The translations under genes were made by a program, and so were the position numbers. A stretch of DNA of 51,600 nt from Phycisphaerales bacterium (GTDB lineage Bacteria > Bacteroidota > Bacteroidia > Chitinophagales > Chitinophagaceae). The stretch is taken from contig JASGCP010000001.1 of NCBI GenBank assembly GCA_030053995.1, positions 1-51,600 of the forward strand. Direction: 5' to 3'. The notes under the pieces were generated by a model. The model saw only the letters and a program-made list of their open reading frames with translations. It was not told where the DNA came from and searched no databases. The stretch's first letter is position 1, and every line of letters starts with the position of its first letter. Positions 20,928-32,503 of this stretch are shown here, piece by piece.

Positions 20928-21368
20928 TTAAACTCTACGCTTTTTAGGTGCCCTACAACCATTGTGAGGCAAGGGGGTTAAATCCCTAATTTCAGCTATA
21001 GCTATACCACTTTGTGATATTTGTCTAATTGCACTTTCTCGACCAGTGCCTGGTCCTTTAACATAAACAGTAACTCTTTTAATTCCTGAATCTATTGCAC
21101 CTTTAACCGCGTCCATAGCTGCTTGTTGCGAAGCATAAGGCGTATTTTTCTTTGACCCCCTAAAACCTACTTTTCCTGCCGAAGATGCACTAACAACCTG
21201 TCCCTGTTTATTAGTAAAAGATATAATAATGTTATTAAAAGTTGCATTAATATGTACATCTGCATTTGAATCAGTCTTAACAACTCTTTTACGAACAACC
21301 GATTTAGCCGACTGTCCTGAGGATTGACCATCCTTCCCACCCTGTCCTGTATTTGATGCTTTTGCCAT
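20928..21368 (-). CDS. rpsK: 30S ribosomal protein S11 (with N-terminal Gly/Ser/Gln-rich extension)
   Basis: Conserved core ...[18 protein letters not shown]...[13 protein letters not shown]. Confidence 0.95.
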   Translation of the reverse strand: MAKASNTGQGGKDGQSSGQSAKSVVRKRVVKTDSNADVHINATFNNIIISFTNKQGQVVSASSAGKVGFRGSKKNTPYASQQAAMDAVKGAIDSGIKRVTVYVKGPGTGRESAIRQISQSGIAIAEIRDLTPLPHNGCRAPKKRRV

Positions 21369-21415
21369 AACTGTATTGTATTGTTATATATAAATGAAAT
21401 AAATAATAAATAGTA

Positions 21416-21796
21416 CTACTTCTTAGGTGCTTTCTTTTTACCGGCCACCGTTCTCCTTTTACCCTTTCTAGTACGACTATTTGTTTTAGTTCGCTGACCT
21501 CGAACAGGTAATCCCTTTCTATGTCGCTGCCCACGATAGCAATTAATATCGAGCAATCGTTTAATATTCATCTGAACCTCACTTCTTAAAGCACCTTCAA
21601 CTTTAATTTCATTCGTAATAATATTACGAATCGCCGTCAACTCATCATCTTTCCAATCATGGACTTTTTTATCCGTCGATATTCCTGCTTTATTAAGAAT
21701 TCGTTTTGCAGTAGAAAGTCCTATACCATAAATATAGGTAAGTCCTATTTCACCTCGTTTATTTTTGGGTAGATCAACACCAGCTATACGCGCCAT
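21416..21796 (-). CDS. rpsM: 30S ribosomal protein S13
   Basis: [26 protein letters not shown]... Confidence 0.96.
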   Translation of the reverse strand: MARIAGVDLPKNKRGEIGLTYIYGIGLSTAKRILNKAGISTDKKVHDWKDDELTAIRNIITNEIKVEGALRSEVQMNIKRLLDINCYRGQRHRKGLPVRGQRTKTNSRTRKGKRRTVAGKKKAPKK

Positions 21797-21840
21797 TATT
21801 TAAAATATTTTTATTTTATGAATAAATACAAAACTACAAA

Positions 21841-21957
21841 TTAACCTTGCCTTTGCTTAAATCTAGGATTCTTCTTGTTAATCACATACAACTTACCTTT
21901 TCTGCGCACGATCTTACAATCTGTGCTTCTTTTTTTTACGGATGCTCTAACTTTCAT
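21841..21957 (-). CDS. rpmJ: 50S ribosomal protein L36
   Basis: Not in the ORF track. Manual translation gives [38 protein letters not shown] (38 aa), between infA and rpsM. Confidence 0.93.
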   Translation of the reverse strand: MKVRASVKKRSTDCKIVRRKGKLYVINKKNPRFKQRQG

Positions 21958-21970
21958 ACAATTCCATTTT

Positions 21971-22189
21971 TTATTTGTACCTAAATATAATTCTACCTCT
22001 AGTTAAATCATAAGGACTCATTTCAATATCAACTTTATCCCCTGGCAATATTCTAATATAATTCATACGCATTTTTCCAGATATGGTAGCTAATATTTCA
22101 TGTTCATTAGATAACTTAACTCTAAACATAGCATTGCTTAAAGCTTCTAACACCACACCATCTTGTTTAATCAACTCTTGCTTAGCCAT
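21971..22189 (-). CDS. infA: translation initiation factor IF-1
   Basis: 72 aa. [26 protein letters not shown]... S1-like fold. Confidence 0.96.
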   Translation of the reverse strand: MAKQELIKQDGVVLEALSNAMFRVKLSNEHEILATISGKMRMNYIRILPGDKVDIEMSPYDLTRGRIIFRYK

Positions 22190-22261
22190 AATTTTAAAAG
22201 AATGCGAAGATACTACTTAAATATTTAATTTATATCATTTTAAGAACATAAAATATATTTC

Positions 22262-23188
22262 TTATTGAGACACATTAATAGGAAAACTATAAATAACCGA
22301 GTCCCCATAAAATATATTCCTTATACTAAATCTAATAGTATCCATAGCCCCCGTTCCTGTTTTATATGATCTGTAATATATTTTATAATCCTGAACACTA
22401 ATATCAAAAAGAACATTACCCGGTGTTATGTAAGTACCTAATCCATTCGGTTGGGTTCTAATAGTATCCCCAAACCTTCCTAAAACCCCCAAGTTTCTAA
22501 TAACAAATGGATCGAGAATTCGCATAAAAGCAAACAATCCATTCCATCGAGCAATGTTTATTGTTACACTATCAAAAACACCAACCTGTACAGTTTGTTG
22601 ATACAAATTAGCATTTGAACTAAAACTCATTCCGGTAATATTTAAGGGAACATCAACGGCTACTGAGTCATTTTCATAATAGTTAGTACGTTTAGAAAAC
22701 ACTGTAAATTGAGCAATATTTTTAGCAACAGACGAAGGGATTGTATCTTTATATCCACGGTAACCTAAAGTATCTCCATTAACATAAGTAATTTTCCCAT
22801 TAGCATCAGATACCGCAAATAAAATAGGTGTTATATTTTTACCAGTACCATTCAAAGGATAACGGACATCAGTATAGCTATTCATATTAGTTGCGGGGTA
22901 ATAGAATGTATCAGAACTTGGTGTGTTTAAGCGCCCAGAAACAATGTAAAAAGAATCGTAAGGTGCAATCATTCCTGATATAGTAACGGAAATAGGTAAT
23001 CCCGTTGTATCAGATGCTATCGGTCTTTCATTTTTATCAACAGATATAGCTATAATTTTTGCTAATACAACTGGCGTAAAAACTGACACAGAGAAACTAG
23101 GTGTTACATTAACAACTGCATTTTTTTTATTGCATGAAAAAGAAACTATCATAAATAAAAAAACAAAAGAAAAAAAAACCGACTTCAT
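22262..23188 (-). CDS. hypothetical lipoprotein embedded in the ribosomal cluster (at the position usually held by map)
   Basis: 308 aa. Signal peptide plus lipobox (FMIVSFSC). Asn/Ser/Thr-rich and beta-rich, with no recognisable catalytic motif. Confidence 0.6.
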   Translation of the reverse strand: MKSVFFSFVFLFMIVSFSCNKKNAVVNVTPSFSVSVFTPVVLAKIIAISVDKNERPIASDTTGLPISVTISGMIAPYDSFYIVSGRLNTPSSDTFYYPATNMNSYTDVRYPLNGTGKNITPILFAVSDANGKITYVNGDTLGYRGYKDTIPSSVAKNIAQFTVFSKRTNYYENDSVAVDVPLNITGMSFSSNANLYQQTVQVGVFDSVTINIARWNGLFAFMRILDPFVIRNLGVLGRFGDTIRTQPNGLGTYITPGNVLFDISVQDYKIYYRSYKTGTGAMDTIRFSIRNIFYGDSVIYSFPINVSQ

Positions 23189-23225
23189 AGAGTAACAATT
23201 TAAAATCTATAAAAACATCGTATCA

Positions 23226-24551
23226 TCATCGCCCTTGAACACGCCCTGTAGTCATCAATCCATCATATTGACGCATTAATAAATAAGTTTCTATTTGCTG
23301 TAAGGTATCAAGTATAACACCCACCATAATCAACAAACTTGTGCCACCAAAGAAATAACTAAAACTTTGCGTTACCCCCAATCGCTGAGCAAACCCAGGT
23401 AAAATACCAGCTATTGCCAAAAAAATAGCACCTGGCAAAGTTATTCTATCCATAATAGCACCAATATAATCGGTCGTAGGTTGTCCTGGTTTAACACCAG
23501 GTATAAACCCATTATTTCTCTTTAAATCTTCAGACATCTGCTTAGGATTAAAAATCAATGCCGTATATAGAAAAGTAAATGCTACAACCATAACAGCATA
23601 TATAATCATATACCAGACATTTGTATGATCATTAAAAATCCTTACAATACCCTTAGCTGAATCTATTTTTGTAAACGAAACTAGCGTAGGTAAAAACATA
23701 ATAGCTTGTGCAAAAATAATAGGCATTACCCCAGCACTATTAACTTTAATTGGCAAAAACTGACGAGCACCGCCAAACTGTCTATTACCTACTATTTGTT
23801 TAGCATAATTAACGGGTATTTTTCTAACCCCCTGGGTTAAAACAATTAATCCCATAACCACTATAATAAACACCGCTATTTCAATTAAAAATATCAACAG
23901 CCCACCACCACCGCGATTCATTTTTGCAGGCAACTCTTGAAAAAACAAAGCCTGCGGTAGTCTAGCTAAAATTCCAACCATAATAATAATAGAAGTACCA
24001 TTACCCAATCCTTTATCTTGTATTTTTTCACCTAACCACATTACAAACAAAGTACCCGCTGTAAGCGTTACTATAGTGGTAAAAGTAAACAACGAAATCG
24101 GCAACAAAATAGCCTGTGCATAAGGCCCTTGTGGTGCGGTTAGATAGGCCACATAAGCCCCCGCCTGAAAACAAGTAACAATAACCGTTAAATAACGCGT
24201 CCATTGATTTATCTTTTTTCGACCACTTTCACCTTCCTTTTGAATTTTTTGTAACTGAGGAATTAAAACAGTAACCAATTGCATAAATATAGACGCAGAA
24301 ATATAAGGCATAATGCCCAATGCAAAGATCGATGCTTGCGAAAATGCCCCGCCTGCAAAAGTATCAAACATACCAAGCAAACCGGTTCCCGCACTCAATT
24401 TAGCCTGATCCAATAAATTTGGATTAATACCTGGTAAAACAACATGCGAACCAAGTCTATAAATCAATAAAAGAAATAATGTAATGATGATCTTATTTTT
24501 AAGTTCATCTATCGTCCAAATATTCTGAAGCGTCTGAATGAGTTTTTTCAC
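23226..24551 (-). CDS. secY: preprotein translocase subunit SecY
   Basis: 441 aa, 10 TM segments, conserved GIMPYISASIF and plug regions. Confidence 0.96.
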   Translation of the reverse strand: MKKLIQTLQNIWTIDELKNKIIITLFLLLIYRLGSHVVLPGINPNLLDQAKLSAGTGLLGMFDTFAGGAFSQASIFALGIMPYISASIFMQLVTVLIPQLQKIQKEGESGRKKINQWTRYLTVIVTCFQAGAYVAYLTAPQGPYAQAILLPISLFTFTTIVTLTAGTLFVMWLGEKIQDKGLGNGTSIIIMVGILARLPQALFFQELPAKMNRGGGGLLIFLIEIAVFIIVVMGLIVLTQGVRKIPVNYAKQIVGNRQFGGARQFLPIKVNSAGVMPIIFAQAIMFLPTLVSFTKIDSAKGIVRIFNDHTNVWYMIIYAVMVVAFTFLYTALIFNPKQMSEDLKRNNGFIPGVKPGQPTTDYIGAIMDRITLPGAIFLAIAGILPGFAQRLGVTQSFSYFFGGTSLLIMVGVILDTLQQIETYLLMRQYDGLMTTGRVQGR

Positions 24552-24568
24552 CCTATAATTTTATTAGA

Positions 24569-25018
24569 CTATTTAATAATATTAACTACGCCACCCAAAC
24601 CTTCAATAGCTTTTTTAGCAACCGTACTAACGCTATTGACATTAAAAACATACTTATTCTTTAACACCCCATTCCCCAGAATTTTAACTCTATCCGTTCT
24701 ATTAATAATGCCATTAATAAAAAGTTCTTCCATTGAAAACTCTTTTAACTCATATTTAGTAACCAAATGATCTATTTGACCAAGATTAAATATCTTATAT
24801 TCTACCCTGTTAATATTCTTAAAGCCCCGCTTAGGAAGTCTCCGCTGAATTGGCATCTGTCCACCCTCATGAGCCATTTTGCTCTTATAACCACTACGGC
24901 TTTGCCCCCCCTTATTACCCTTAGTAGAGGTTCCACCTTTACCAGATGCCTCGCCGCGTCCTAATCTTTTTTCCTTATGTGTAGCACCTTCGGCATGTTT
25001 TAAAGAATGTAATCGCAT
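24569..25018 (-). CDS. rplO: 50S ribosomal protein L15
   Basis: MRLHSLKHAEGATHKEKRLGRG... Confidence 0.95.
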   Translation of the reverse strand: MRLHSLKHAEGATHKEKRLGRGEASGKGGTSTKGNKGGQSRSGYKSKMAHEGGQMPIQRRLPKRGFKNINRVEYKIFNLGQIDHLVTKYELKEFSMEELFINGIINRTDRVKILGNGVLKNKYVFNVNSVSTVAKKAIEGLGGVVNIIK

Positions 25019-25045
25019 AACAATTTCTTTTAGATATATATAAAA

Positions 25046-25225
25046 TTAAATTTCTTCTACTTTTAATAAATGCTTAACCTTCTCAATCATTCCTAATATT
25101 TGCGGGGTAGCTTGATGCTCCTTACAAGAATTAGTTTTACCCAAACCTAATGCTTCAACGGTAAGTTTTTGCCTTTCACTTCTATCAATAGGACTTTTAA
25201 TCAATGTTATTTTTAACTTCTTCAT
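25046..25225 (-). CDS. rpmD: 50S ribosomal protein L30
   Basis: Not in the ORF track. Manual translation gives MKKLKITLIKSPIDRSERQKLTVEALGLGKTNSCKEHQATPQILGMIEKVKHLLKVEEI (59 aa). Confidence 0.92.
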   Translation of the reverse strand: MKKLKITLIKSPIDRSERQKLTVEALGLGKTNSCKEHQATPQILGMIEKVKHLLKVEEI

Positions 25226-25245
25226 AATGATTGTTAATTTTAAAA

Positions 25246-25776
25246 TTATCCATTAAACACTTTATTCAACTTAATAGACCTTCCAAAAGCCACTTCAGCA
25301 GGTTCTCTAAGCATACTCAGTGCTTTTAAAGTAGCTTTAACTACATTATGCGGATTCGGTGACCCCAAACTCTTTGCCAAAACATCTTTTACCCCTGCAC
25401 TTTCTAAAACAGACCTCATACTAGCACCGGCAATAACACCGGCTCCAGGTGCGGCAGGTTTCACAAGAACTTTAGCGGCACCAAATTTGGCAAATTGTTC
25501 ATGCGGTATAGTACCTTTTCTCACGGGCACCTTAATCAAATTTTTCTTAGCATCCTCAATTCCCTTGGTAATTGCTGCACGCACCTCATTAGCTTTACCT
25601 AATCCTTGGCCTACAATACCATTTTCATTGCCCACAACAACGATTGCTGAAAAACTAAAAATTCTCCCCCCCTTGGTAGTCTTCACCACCCGATTGACAG
25701 CAACAACCTTCTCTTTTAGTTCACCATCAACTGCTACCCGAATTACTCTATTATCCTTTTTTGCTTCTTTAGCCAT
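25246..25776 (-). CDS. rpsE: 30S ribosomal protein S5
   Basis: 176 aa. ...[24 protein letters not shown]... Confidence 0.96.
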   Translation of the reverse strand: MAKEAKKDNRVIRVAVDGELKEKVVAVNRVVKTTKGGRIFSFSAIVVVGNENGIVGQGLGKANEVRAAITKGIEDAKKNLIKVPVRKGTIPHEQFAKFGAAKVLVKPAAPGAGVIAGASMRSVLESAGVKDVLAKSLGSPNPHNVVKATLKALSMLREPAEVAFGRSIKLNKVFNG

Positions 25777-25813
25777 ATAAATATTTTAAAAATGAATGCT
25801 TGACAAATTTAAT

Positions 25814-26167
25814 TTAGAACAAAAGCCCCGCTTCGCGAGCACCATCAGCCAATGACTTAACTCTACCATGGTATAAATTACCATTCCTATCAAAAACACA
25901 GGTTTGAATACCCGCAACTTTTGCTTTTTTCGCTATTGATAATCCTACCAACTTAGCTTTCTCAACTTTAGTAACCTTCTTAGAACTTACCTCCTTTTCC
26001 AACGATGATGCTGCACAGAGCGTATTCCCCGTAGTGTCATCAATCAATTGTGCATAAATTTCAACATTACTACGATAAACGGTAAGTCTCGGTTTTTCCT
26101 TAGTGCCCGAAATTTTCTTTCTAATCCTAAACTTAACTTTATCCTTTACATTTATTTTCTTTGCCAT
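25814..26167 (-). CDS. rplR: 50S ribosomal protein L18
   Basis: 117 aa. ...[18 protein letters not shown]... Confidence 0.95.
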   Translation of the reverse strand: MAKKINVKDKVKFRIRKKISGTKEKPRLTVYRSNVEIYAQLIDDTTGNTLCAASSLEKEVSSKKVTKVEKAKLVGLSIAKKAKVAGIQTCVFDRNGNLYHGRVKSLADGAREAGLLF

Positions 26168-26195
26168 GTACCAAACATTTTAATAGTTTAATAAT

Positions 26196-26771
26196 TTATT
26201 TAGATGCCGAACTTGCACCTGCTCCAGCCGCTTTACCCGCCTTCTTTCTAAGCACTTCCCCTACATACTTGATACCCTTACCCTTATATGGTTCAGGCTT
26301 TCTAATACCTCTTAATTTTGCAGCAACCTGACCAATTAATTGCTTATCAATTCCCTCTAAAAATATTTTAGGGTTTTGTCCCTTTTCAGTAGTCGTTGTT
26401 ACTTTCAATTCTTTAGGAACTTCAAATAGAATATTGTGCGAATAACCAACAGACAAATCAATAATATTACCTTGATTAGAAACTTTAAAGCCCACCCCTA
26501 CCAACTCCAAATCTCTTTTAAAGCCCACTGAAACGCCTTGTATCAAATTAGCTAACAAAGCACGATACAATCCGTGTAAAGCCTTGTGGCGAATTTGATT
26601 GGTAGGTCTTTTTACGGTTAATTGTGTTCCTTCCACTACAACCTGTATATCCCTATCAATAGCTTGCTTCAACTCACCCTTAGGACCTTTCACGGTAACC
26701 ACATTTGCTTTATCAGTAGTAACGGTTACACCCTTGGGCAACTCTATTAACTTATTACCAATTCTAGACAT
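26196..26771 (-). CDS. rplF: 50S ribosomal protein L6
   Basis: MSRIGNKLIELPKGVTV..., 191 aa. Confidence 0.95.
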   Translation of the reverse strand: MSRIGNKLIELPKGVTVTTDKANVVTVKGPKGELKQAIDRDIQVVVEGTQLTVKRPTNQIRHKALHGLYRALLANLIQGVSVGFKRDLELVGVGFKVSNQGNIIDLSVGYSHNILFEVPKELKVTTTTEKGQNPKIFLEGIDKQLIGQVAAKLRGIRKPEPYKGKGIKYVGEVLRKKAGKAAGAGASSASK

Positions 26772-26807
26772 AACTATATATTTTTTTTACTATTCCTATT
26801 GCACATT

Positions 26808-27206
26808 TTAATTAATTACAAACAATACTTCCCCACCAACCTGTTGCTCTTTCGCCTGCTTATCAGTAAGCACCCCTTTTGAAGTACTTAAAATAGCCAG
26901 CCCCAGTCCGTTCATCACTCTTCTAATGTTATTAGATTTAGAATATTGCCTTAATCCAGGACGGCTCACTCTTTCCATATTTTGAATAACTGGTTGCTTC
27001 GTTTGCTGATTATATTTCAGAGCGATTTTGATAATACCTTGTTTATTATCTTCTTCAAAAGTATATTTAAAGATATACCCTTGTTCGTAAAGAATCTCGG
27101 TGATTCTTTTCTTCAAATTAGACGCTGGGATTTCGACAGTTAGATGACCTGCCATCTGAGCATTTCTAATTCTTGTTAAATAATCTGCGATAGGATCTGT
27201 AACCAT
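26808..27206 (-). CDS. rpsH: 30S ribosomal protein S8
   Basis: MVTDPIADYLTRIRNA... Confidence 0.96.
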   Translation of the reverse strand: MVTDPIADYLTRIRNAQMAGHLTVEIPASNLKKRITEILYEQGYIFKYTFEEDNKQGIIKIALKYNQQTKQPVIQNMERVSRPGLRQYSKSNNIRRVMNGLGLAILSTSKGVLTDKQAKEQQVGGEVLFVIN

Positions 27207-27250
27207 ATTTTATCCTCCAATATTTTTAATGAAATAATATTTTTAAAAAA

Positions 27251-27520
27251 TTACCAAGACGCTTTTCTAACACCGGGTATTTTACCATTCAATGCCATAT
27301 CTCGGAATACAAGTCTAGAAACACCAAAATAGCGAATATAACCCCTAGCTCTACCGGTCAATTTACACCTATTCTTCAACCTTACCGCTGATCCATTTCT
27401 GGGTAGCTTATCTAACTCAGTCCAATTACCCTGACTTTTCAATTCTTTTCTTTTTTCTTTAAACTGCTCATTCAACTGTTCCCTTTTTCTTTGTCTTGCC
27501 TCAACTGATTTTTTTGCCAT
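27251..27520 (-). CDS. rpsN: 30S ribosomal protein S14 (long, non-zinc type)
   Basis: 89 aa ending ...IPGVRKASW. No CxxC pairs. Confidence 0.94.
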   Translation of the reverse strand: MAKKSVEARQRKREQLNEQFKEKRKELKSQGNWTELDKLPRNGSAVRLKNRCKLTGRARGYIRYFGVSRLVFRDMALNGKIPGVRKASW

Positions 27521-27525
27521 AACAA

Positions 27526-28098
27526 CTATTTTTTAATGTTTTTAAAAGGCATACCTAATTCTTTCAAAAGTTCATAAGCCTGTTGGTCATCACTGGTACT
27601 GGTAACAAAAGTTATATCCATACCCGATATTTTATTAACCTTATCGATATCGATTTCAGGAAATATAATCTGTTCAGTAACACCCAAAGTATAATTACCT
27701 CTACCGTCAAATGATTTATCATTAACACCTTTAAAATCACGTACACGAGGCAATGCTACGGATATCAATCTATCCAAAAATTCATACATCTTTACCCCGC
27801 GCAAAGTAACTCTTGTACCAATAGGGATACCCTTACGAAGTTTAAAATTAGAAATATCCTTTTTACTATAAGTTGGAACAGGTTTTTGCCCTGTTATTAA
27901 CTCAAGTTCGTTAATAGCAACATCAACTAACTTCTTATCGGTTACTGCCCCATTAACACCTTTATTAATAACAATTTTTTCCAATTTAGGTGCCTGCATA
28001 ACAGACTTAAACTTAAATTTATCAACTAACTTAGCAATAACCTCTTTTTGATATTTGCCCACTAAACGAGGTGAATAAGCAGATTTAATATTAGCCAT
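27526..28098 (-). CDS. rplE: 50S ribosomal protein L5
   Basis: 190 aa. Identified by position and conserved core. Confidence 0.95.
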   Translation of the reverse strand: MANIKSAYSPRLVGKYQKEVIAKLVDKFKFKSVMQAPKLEKIVINKGVNGAVTDKKLVDVAINELELITGQKPVPTYSKKDISNFKLRKGIPIGTRVTLRGVKMYEFLDRLISVALPRVRDFKGVNDKSFDGRGNYTLGVTEQIIFPEIDIDKVNKISGMDITFVTSTSDDQQAYELLKELGMPFKNIKK

Positions 28099-28099
28099 A

Positions 28100-28444
28100 T
28101 TATTTTATTATCTCTTTTGATTTTTTAGATATACGAACTAGATGACCGTCCTTTTTTTCTCTTGTAATTCGTGTAGGGGCATTAACCTTTGAATCCCATA
28201 GCATGACATTAGAAATATGTATAGGCAACTCTTTTTTTACGATGCCGCCTTTTGTATTTTTCGCATTAGGCTTAACATGTTTAGAAGCTAAATTAACACC
28301 TTCAACAATTACCCTACCTTCTTCCAACAAAACCTTCGTTACCACTTTAGGATTTTTCAAATCTTTATCTGCACCGGCGATAACAACTACGGTGTCCCCC
28401 TTCTTAATATTATATTTAGGTTTAAACCTGGTACTATTACTCAT
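28100..28444 (-). CDS. rplX: 50S ribosomal protein L24
   Basis: KOW motif [12 protein letters not shown]. Confidence 0.94.
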   Translation of the reverse strand: MSNSTRFKPKYNIKKGDTVVVIAGADKDLKNPKVVTKVLLEEGRVIVEGVNLASKHVKPNAKNTKGGIVKKELPIHISNVMLWDSKVNAPTRITREKKDGHLVRISKKSKEIIK

Positions 28445-28472
28445 ATTATCATTTTGATATTAAATAAATTAA

Positions 28473-28841
28473 CTATAACACTTCTGGTGCGAGCGATACT
28501 ATTTTCATGTAACCTTTGTCACGCAATTCCCTAGCAACTGGTCCAAATATACGCGTTCCTCGTGGTTCATCAGTATTCGACAATAGCACCACGGCGTTAT
28601 CATCAAATCTAATATAAGAACCATCTTTTCTTCTTAATTTATGCTTTGTACGAACTATTACAGCTTTAGATACTGTACCCTTTTTAACTCCACCATCAGG
28701 CAAAGCATCTTTAACAGTAACCACAATTTTATCGCCTATATGTGCATAATCTTGGCCACTGTTCCCCAAAACACGGATACATAAAACTTCCTTAGCACCG
28801 CTATTATCAGCCACCACCAAACGAGACTCTTGCTGTATCAT
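28473..28841 (-). CDS. rplN: 50S ribosomal protein L14
   Basis: [18 protein letters not shown]... Confidence 0.97.
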   Translation of the reverse strand: MIQQESRLVVADNSGAKEVLCIRVLGNSGQDYAHIGDKIVVTVKDALPDGGVKKGTVSKAVIVRTKHKLRRKDGSYIRFDDNAVVLLSNTDEPRGTRIFGPVARELRDKGYMKIVSLAPEVL

Positions 28842-28861
28842 AAATATATTTTTTGACAGAA

Positions 28862-29122
28862 TTATTTATACTTTTCAACGATTTCAACTAAGCGCCATCT
28901 CTTTGTTTTGCTCAAAGGACGGGTCTCCATAATTTTAACCACATCACCAATACCACTTTCATTTTTTTCATCGTGTGCATGCAGTTTAGTAGTATTCTTC
29001 AAAAATTTACCATAAACCGTATGTTTCACTTTTCGTTCAATAGAAACGGTAATTGTTTTATTCATTTTATTACTCGTAACAACACCGATTCTTATTTTTC
29101 TCAAATTTCTTTCTACAGACAT
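28862..29122 (-). CDS. rpsQ: 30S ribosomal protein S17
   Basis: 86 aa. ...[14 protein letters not shown]... Confidence 0.95.
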   Translation of the reverse strand: MSVERNLRKIRIGVVTSNKMNKTITVSIERKVKHTVYGKFLKNTTKLHAHDEKNESGIGDVVKIMETRPLSKTKRWRLVEIVEKYK

Positions 29123-29139
29123 ATAATTTTTTTTACCTT

Positions 29140-29346
29140 TTAAGATGATTTTCTTTTTGTTAACTCCGTTTTTAATCTTGCCAAATCGCGTCTAAGATTC
29201 CTCATACTCATAGGATTTTCAATAGGCGAAACGACATGAGCTAACCTTAGCTTTTTAAGGCGCATCGTATCCGTATTAATTCGTGCAATCAAATCATTTT
29301 CATTGCATTCTTTCAGTCCCTTATTAAAATCATTTTTTTTAGACAT
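29140..29346 (-). CDS. rpmC: 50S ribosomal protein L29
   Basis: 68 aa. Identified by position and a helical hairpin pattern. Confidence 0.9.
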   Translation of the reverse strand: MSKKNDFNKGLKECNENDLIARINTDTMRLKKLRLAHVVSPIENPMSMRNLRRDLARLKTELTKRKSS

Positions 29347-29368
29347 ACACTACAATTTTAAAAACTTT

Positions 29369-29782
29369 TTAAATATCCCTTCTTGAAATAAACTTTGTTT
29401 TAATAGGCAATTTTTGTGATGCACTATGCAAAGCCTTTTTAGCATCGGCAAGTGATAAGCCATCCAATTCAAATATAACGCGTCCTGGTTCCACTACGGC
29501 AGCCCAAAATTCTGGATTACCTTTACCTTTACCCATCCGCACTTCTTGTGGTTTGCGGGTAATTATTTTATCAGGAAAAACACGAATCCACAGTAATCCT
29601 TCTCTATTCATTGCACGAGATAGAGCTTGTCGTGATGCCTCAATTTGCCTATTCGTTAACCAAATAGGTTCGAGTGCCTTCAAACCATAAGAGCCAAAAG
29701 ACAACAAAGTACCCCTCTTAGCCACTTTTCTGATGCGTCCCTTTTGTTGCTTTCTATGTTTACTTCTTTTAGGTTGTAACAT
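29369..29782 (-). CDS. rplP: 50S ribosomal protein L16
   Basis: [16 protein letters not shown]... Confidence 0.96.
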   Translation of the reverse strand: MLQPKRSKHRKQQKGRIRKVAKRGTLLSFGSYGLKALEPIWLTNRQIEASRQALSRAMNREGLLWIRVFPDKIITRKPQEVRMGKGKGNPEFWAAVVEPGRVIFELDGLSLADAKKALHSASQKLPIKTKFISRRDI

Positions 29783-29805
29783 GGTAAATATCTATTTATT
29801 GTTAT

Positions 29806-30594
29806 TTATCGATTATTAAAATTCCTTCTATCTCTACCATCTCTACCATCCCTGCCATCTCTACTATCGTTACCTCTACTTAATCCTGCACGCGAGGTTG
29901 GTCTTTGCGTTCTTTCATTTTGCTCAACCTTCCCGGCAACAAAATTTGGATTCAAATCGCGTTTACCCAGCACTTCACCTTTACATATCCACACTTTTAT
30001 ACCAATTTTCCCATAAACTGTCATTGCAAAAACATTAGCATAATCAATATCCATTCGATAAGTATGCAAAGGCACCCGCCCCTGTTTAATCTCTTCAGTT
30101 CTTGCTATTTCTGCACCCGCCAATCTACCCGCCACCTTAACCTTGATACCTTCAGCACCTACCCTAAGGGTTGACGCTATTGCCATTTTAATAGCTCTTT
30201 TATAATTAATTCTATTTTCAATTTGTCGAGCAATACTTTCTGCAACTATGGTAGCGTCTAATTCTGGTCTTCTTATTTCAAAAATATTAACTTGCACATC
30301 CTCTTTACCTGTTGTTTTTTTAAGTTCATTTTTAATTCTTTCTACCTCTGCTCCACCATTACCAATAATAATACCAGGTTTACTTGTATGAATAGTAACA
30401 ATCAACTTATTAAGTGTTCGTTCAATAACTATTTTAGCTATACTAGCTTTATTTATTCTAGCGTTCAAATATTTTCTAACGGACTCATCCTCCAATAGTT
30501 TAGATGCAAAATCCCTTTTATTACCGTACCAATTGCTATCCCATCCCCTAATGATACCTATTCTATTGCCTATTGGATTTGCTTTTTGACCCAT
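29806..30594 (-). CDS. rpsC: 30S ribosomal protein S3 (with C-terminal RDG-repeat tail)
   Basis: [20 protein letters not shown]... The tail [14 protein letters not shown] is encoded by 4 x 9-bp tandem units at 29830-29865. Confidence 0.96.
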   Translation of the reverse strand: MGQKANPIGNRIGIIRGWDSNWYGNKRDFASKLLEDESVRKYLNARINKASIAKIVIERTLNKLIVTIHTSKPGIIIGNGGAEVERIKNELKKTTGKEDVQVNIFEIRRPELDATIVAESIARQIENRINYKRAIKMAIASTLRVGAEGIKVKVAGRLAGAEIARTEEIKQGRVPLHTYRMDIDYANVFAMTVYGKIGIKVWICKGEVLGKRDLNPNFVAGKVEQNERTQRPTSRAGLSRGNDSRDGRDGRDGRDRRNFNNR

Positions 30595-30630
30595 ATTTTT
30601 AAGTTTATTATATTTTTATGATGCTATAGT

Positions 30631-30975
30631 TTATTTAGTAGCGATTGTATCAACGATAATAGTAACATGATTACTTCTTTTACGAATTTTATATCCTCTA
30701 CCTTGGGGTGCCGGTCTCATTCTTTTTAAAACTGCACCACCATCAACAAAAATAGTTTTCACCATCAACTGCTCACTTGCCGTTGCATTATTCTTCTGTT
30801 CCCAATTACTTACTGCACTTCTCAACAACTTAGAAAGCGGTACAGCAACATGTTGTGGATGATTTTCCAACAAGAAGAGAGCCTTTTCTATATTCAAACC
30901 TCTAATTTCATCAGATAACATTCGCATTTTCCTTGGTCCTGTAGGATAATTTCTCAATTTTGCTATTGCTTCCAT
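30631..30975 (-). CDS. rplV: 50S ribosomal protein L22
   Basis: 114 aa. Identified by position and conserved core. Confidence 0.94.
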   Translation of the reverse strand: MEAIAKLRNYPTGPRKMRMLSDEIRGLNIEKALFLLENHPQHVAVPLSKLLRSAVSNWEQKNNATASEQLMVKTIFVDGGAVLKRMRPAPQGRGYKIRKRSNHVTIIVDTIATK

Positions 30976-31007
30976 ATCTATAAATAATTTATTGATAATT
31001 AATTAAA

Positions 31008-31292
31008 TTAACCGCCCGCATCTTCTTTTTTCACGCCTGAGTGTGCCTTAAAATGACGCGTTGGTGCAAACTCGCCAAGTTTATGTCCCACCATATACTC
31101 GGTTACATAAACCGGTACAAATTTATTACCTGTATGCACCATAAATGTATGTCCAACAAAATCAGGGGTAATGGTACTTCTTCTGCTCCAAGTTTTAATA
31201 ACTGCTTTTTTCACTTTACCACTATTCATGGTTTGTATTTTTCCGTCTAGATTATGATCGATATAAGGACCTTTTTTTATCGAGCGAGCCAT
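31008..31292 (-). CDS. rpsS: 30S ribosomal protein S19
   Basis: [15 protein letters not shown]... Confidence 0.96.
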   Translation of the reverse strand: MARSIKKGPYIDHNLDGKIQTMNSGKVKKAVIKTWSRRSTITPDFVGHTFMVHTGNKFVPVYVTEYMVGHKLGEFAPTRHFKAHSGVKKEDAGG

Positions 31293-31318
31293 ACTATAAA
31301 ATATTATTATAATTAAAA

Positions 31319-32158
31319 TTAATTAGTCAACTTCTTACCATTTTTTCTAACCAAAATCAACTTATCACTAGATTTACCTCTCGTTCTAGTTTTTTGTCCT
31401 TTTGCATATTTACCTTTTCTACTTCTTGGATGTCCCCCAGAGGCTTTACCTTCACCACCACCCATAGGATGATCAACTGGATTCATAGCCACTCCTCTAT
31501 TACGAGGTCTAACACCTTTCCATCTATTAACCCCCGCTTTTCCGGCCATTTCCAAGTTATGATCATTATTAGAAACTGTACCAACGGTAGCATAACAATT
31601 AATCAAAAGTTTTCTTAACTCACCTGAGGGCATTTTAACAACAGCGTATTCTGTTTCCTTATTTGATAGCTGTGCTGATGTTCCTGCACTTCTTACCAAA
31701 ACACCGCCTTTACCGGGTTGCATTTCAATATTATGAATAACGGTACCTAAGGGCATATTTGCCATCAGCAAACAATTACCATTCTCAGGGGCTACATTAG
31801 GTCCGGCTGATACCGATTGACCGACTTTCAAATCTTTAGGGGCAAGAATATAACGGCGTTCACCGTCGGCATATTCTAACAAAGCAATAAAAGCCGTTCT
31901 CATTGGATCATATTCTATTGAAACAACTTTTGCTTCAACATTATGTTTATTTCTTTTAAAATCAATCTTACGATAATGTTTTTTGTGTCCACCGCCAATA
32001 TAACGCATAGTCATTCGCCCTTGCACATTTCTTCCTCCACTTTTCTTATAAGGTTCAAGCAAAGACTTTTCAGGTTTATTCGTAGTAATTTCTTGATATC
32101 CATTTCCAATACGCCATCTAGTTCCTGCTGTAATGGGCTTATATTTTTTTAATGACAT
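31319..32158 (-). CDS. rplB: 50S ribosomal protein L2
   Basis: 279 aa. ...[13 protein letters not shown]... and the [13 protein letters not shown] motif. Confidence 0.97.
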   Translation of the reverse strand: MSLKKYKPITAGTRWRIGNGYQEITTNKPEKSLLEPYKKSGGRNVQGRMTMRYIGGGHKKHYRKIDFKRNKHNVEAKVVSIEYDPMRTAFIALLEYADGERRYILAPKDLKVGQSVSAGPNVAPENGNCLLMANMPLGTVIHNIEMQPGKGGVLVRSAGTSAQLSNKETEYAVVKMPSGELRKLLINCYATVGTVSNNDHNLEMAGKAGVNRWKGVRPRNRGVAMNPVDHPMGGGEGKASGGHPRSRKGKYAKGQKTRTRGKSSDKLILVRKNGKKLTN

Positions 32159-32188
32159 AAATAAAGTTTATTCTTTCAAAATATTTTA

Positions 32189-32488
32189 TTAAATAGACGC
32201 ATAAAAATCAATTTTCTCACCAACACCCAAGGTTACAAAAGCCTTCTTATAAGATGCTGTGCTACCCTTAATAAATCCCGCCTTAGTAAATTTACTCTTA
32301 TTATGTCCTGGTAAAATAGCTGTACTCACTGCACTTACTTTAACACCATAAAAATCCTGAATAGCTTTCTTTATTTCAATTTTATTCGCATTTTTATTAA
32401 CCAAAAAAACATACTGTCCAAGTTTTTCTTGAAGTTTTGTAGATTTTTCAGATATCAAAGGCTGTCCTATAATTTGAGTCGCTTTCAT
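32189..32488 (-). CDS. rplW: 50S ribosomal protein L23
   Basis: 99 aa. Identified by position and conserved core. Confidence 0.93.
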   Translation of the reverse strand: MKATQIIGQPLISEKSTKLQEKLGQYVFLVNKNANKIEIKKAIQDFYGVKVSAVSTAILPGHNKSKFTKAGFIKGSTASYKKAFVTLGVGEKIDFYASI

Positions 32489-32503
32489 GGATATAACTTT
32501 TTA

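Noticed and set aside
29830-29865. 4 x 9-bp tandem repeat encoding the (RDG)n tail of S3, considered as a possible contingency locus.
   Set aside because: The units are in frame and imperfect, and they lie in a disordered C-terminal tail. Such tails are common lineage-specific extensions of ribosomal proteins, and nothing suggests regulation.
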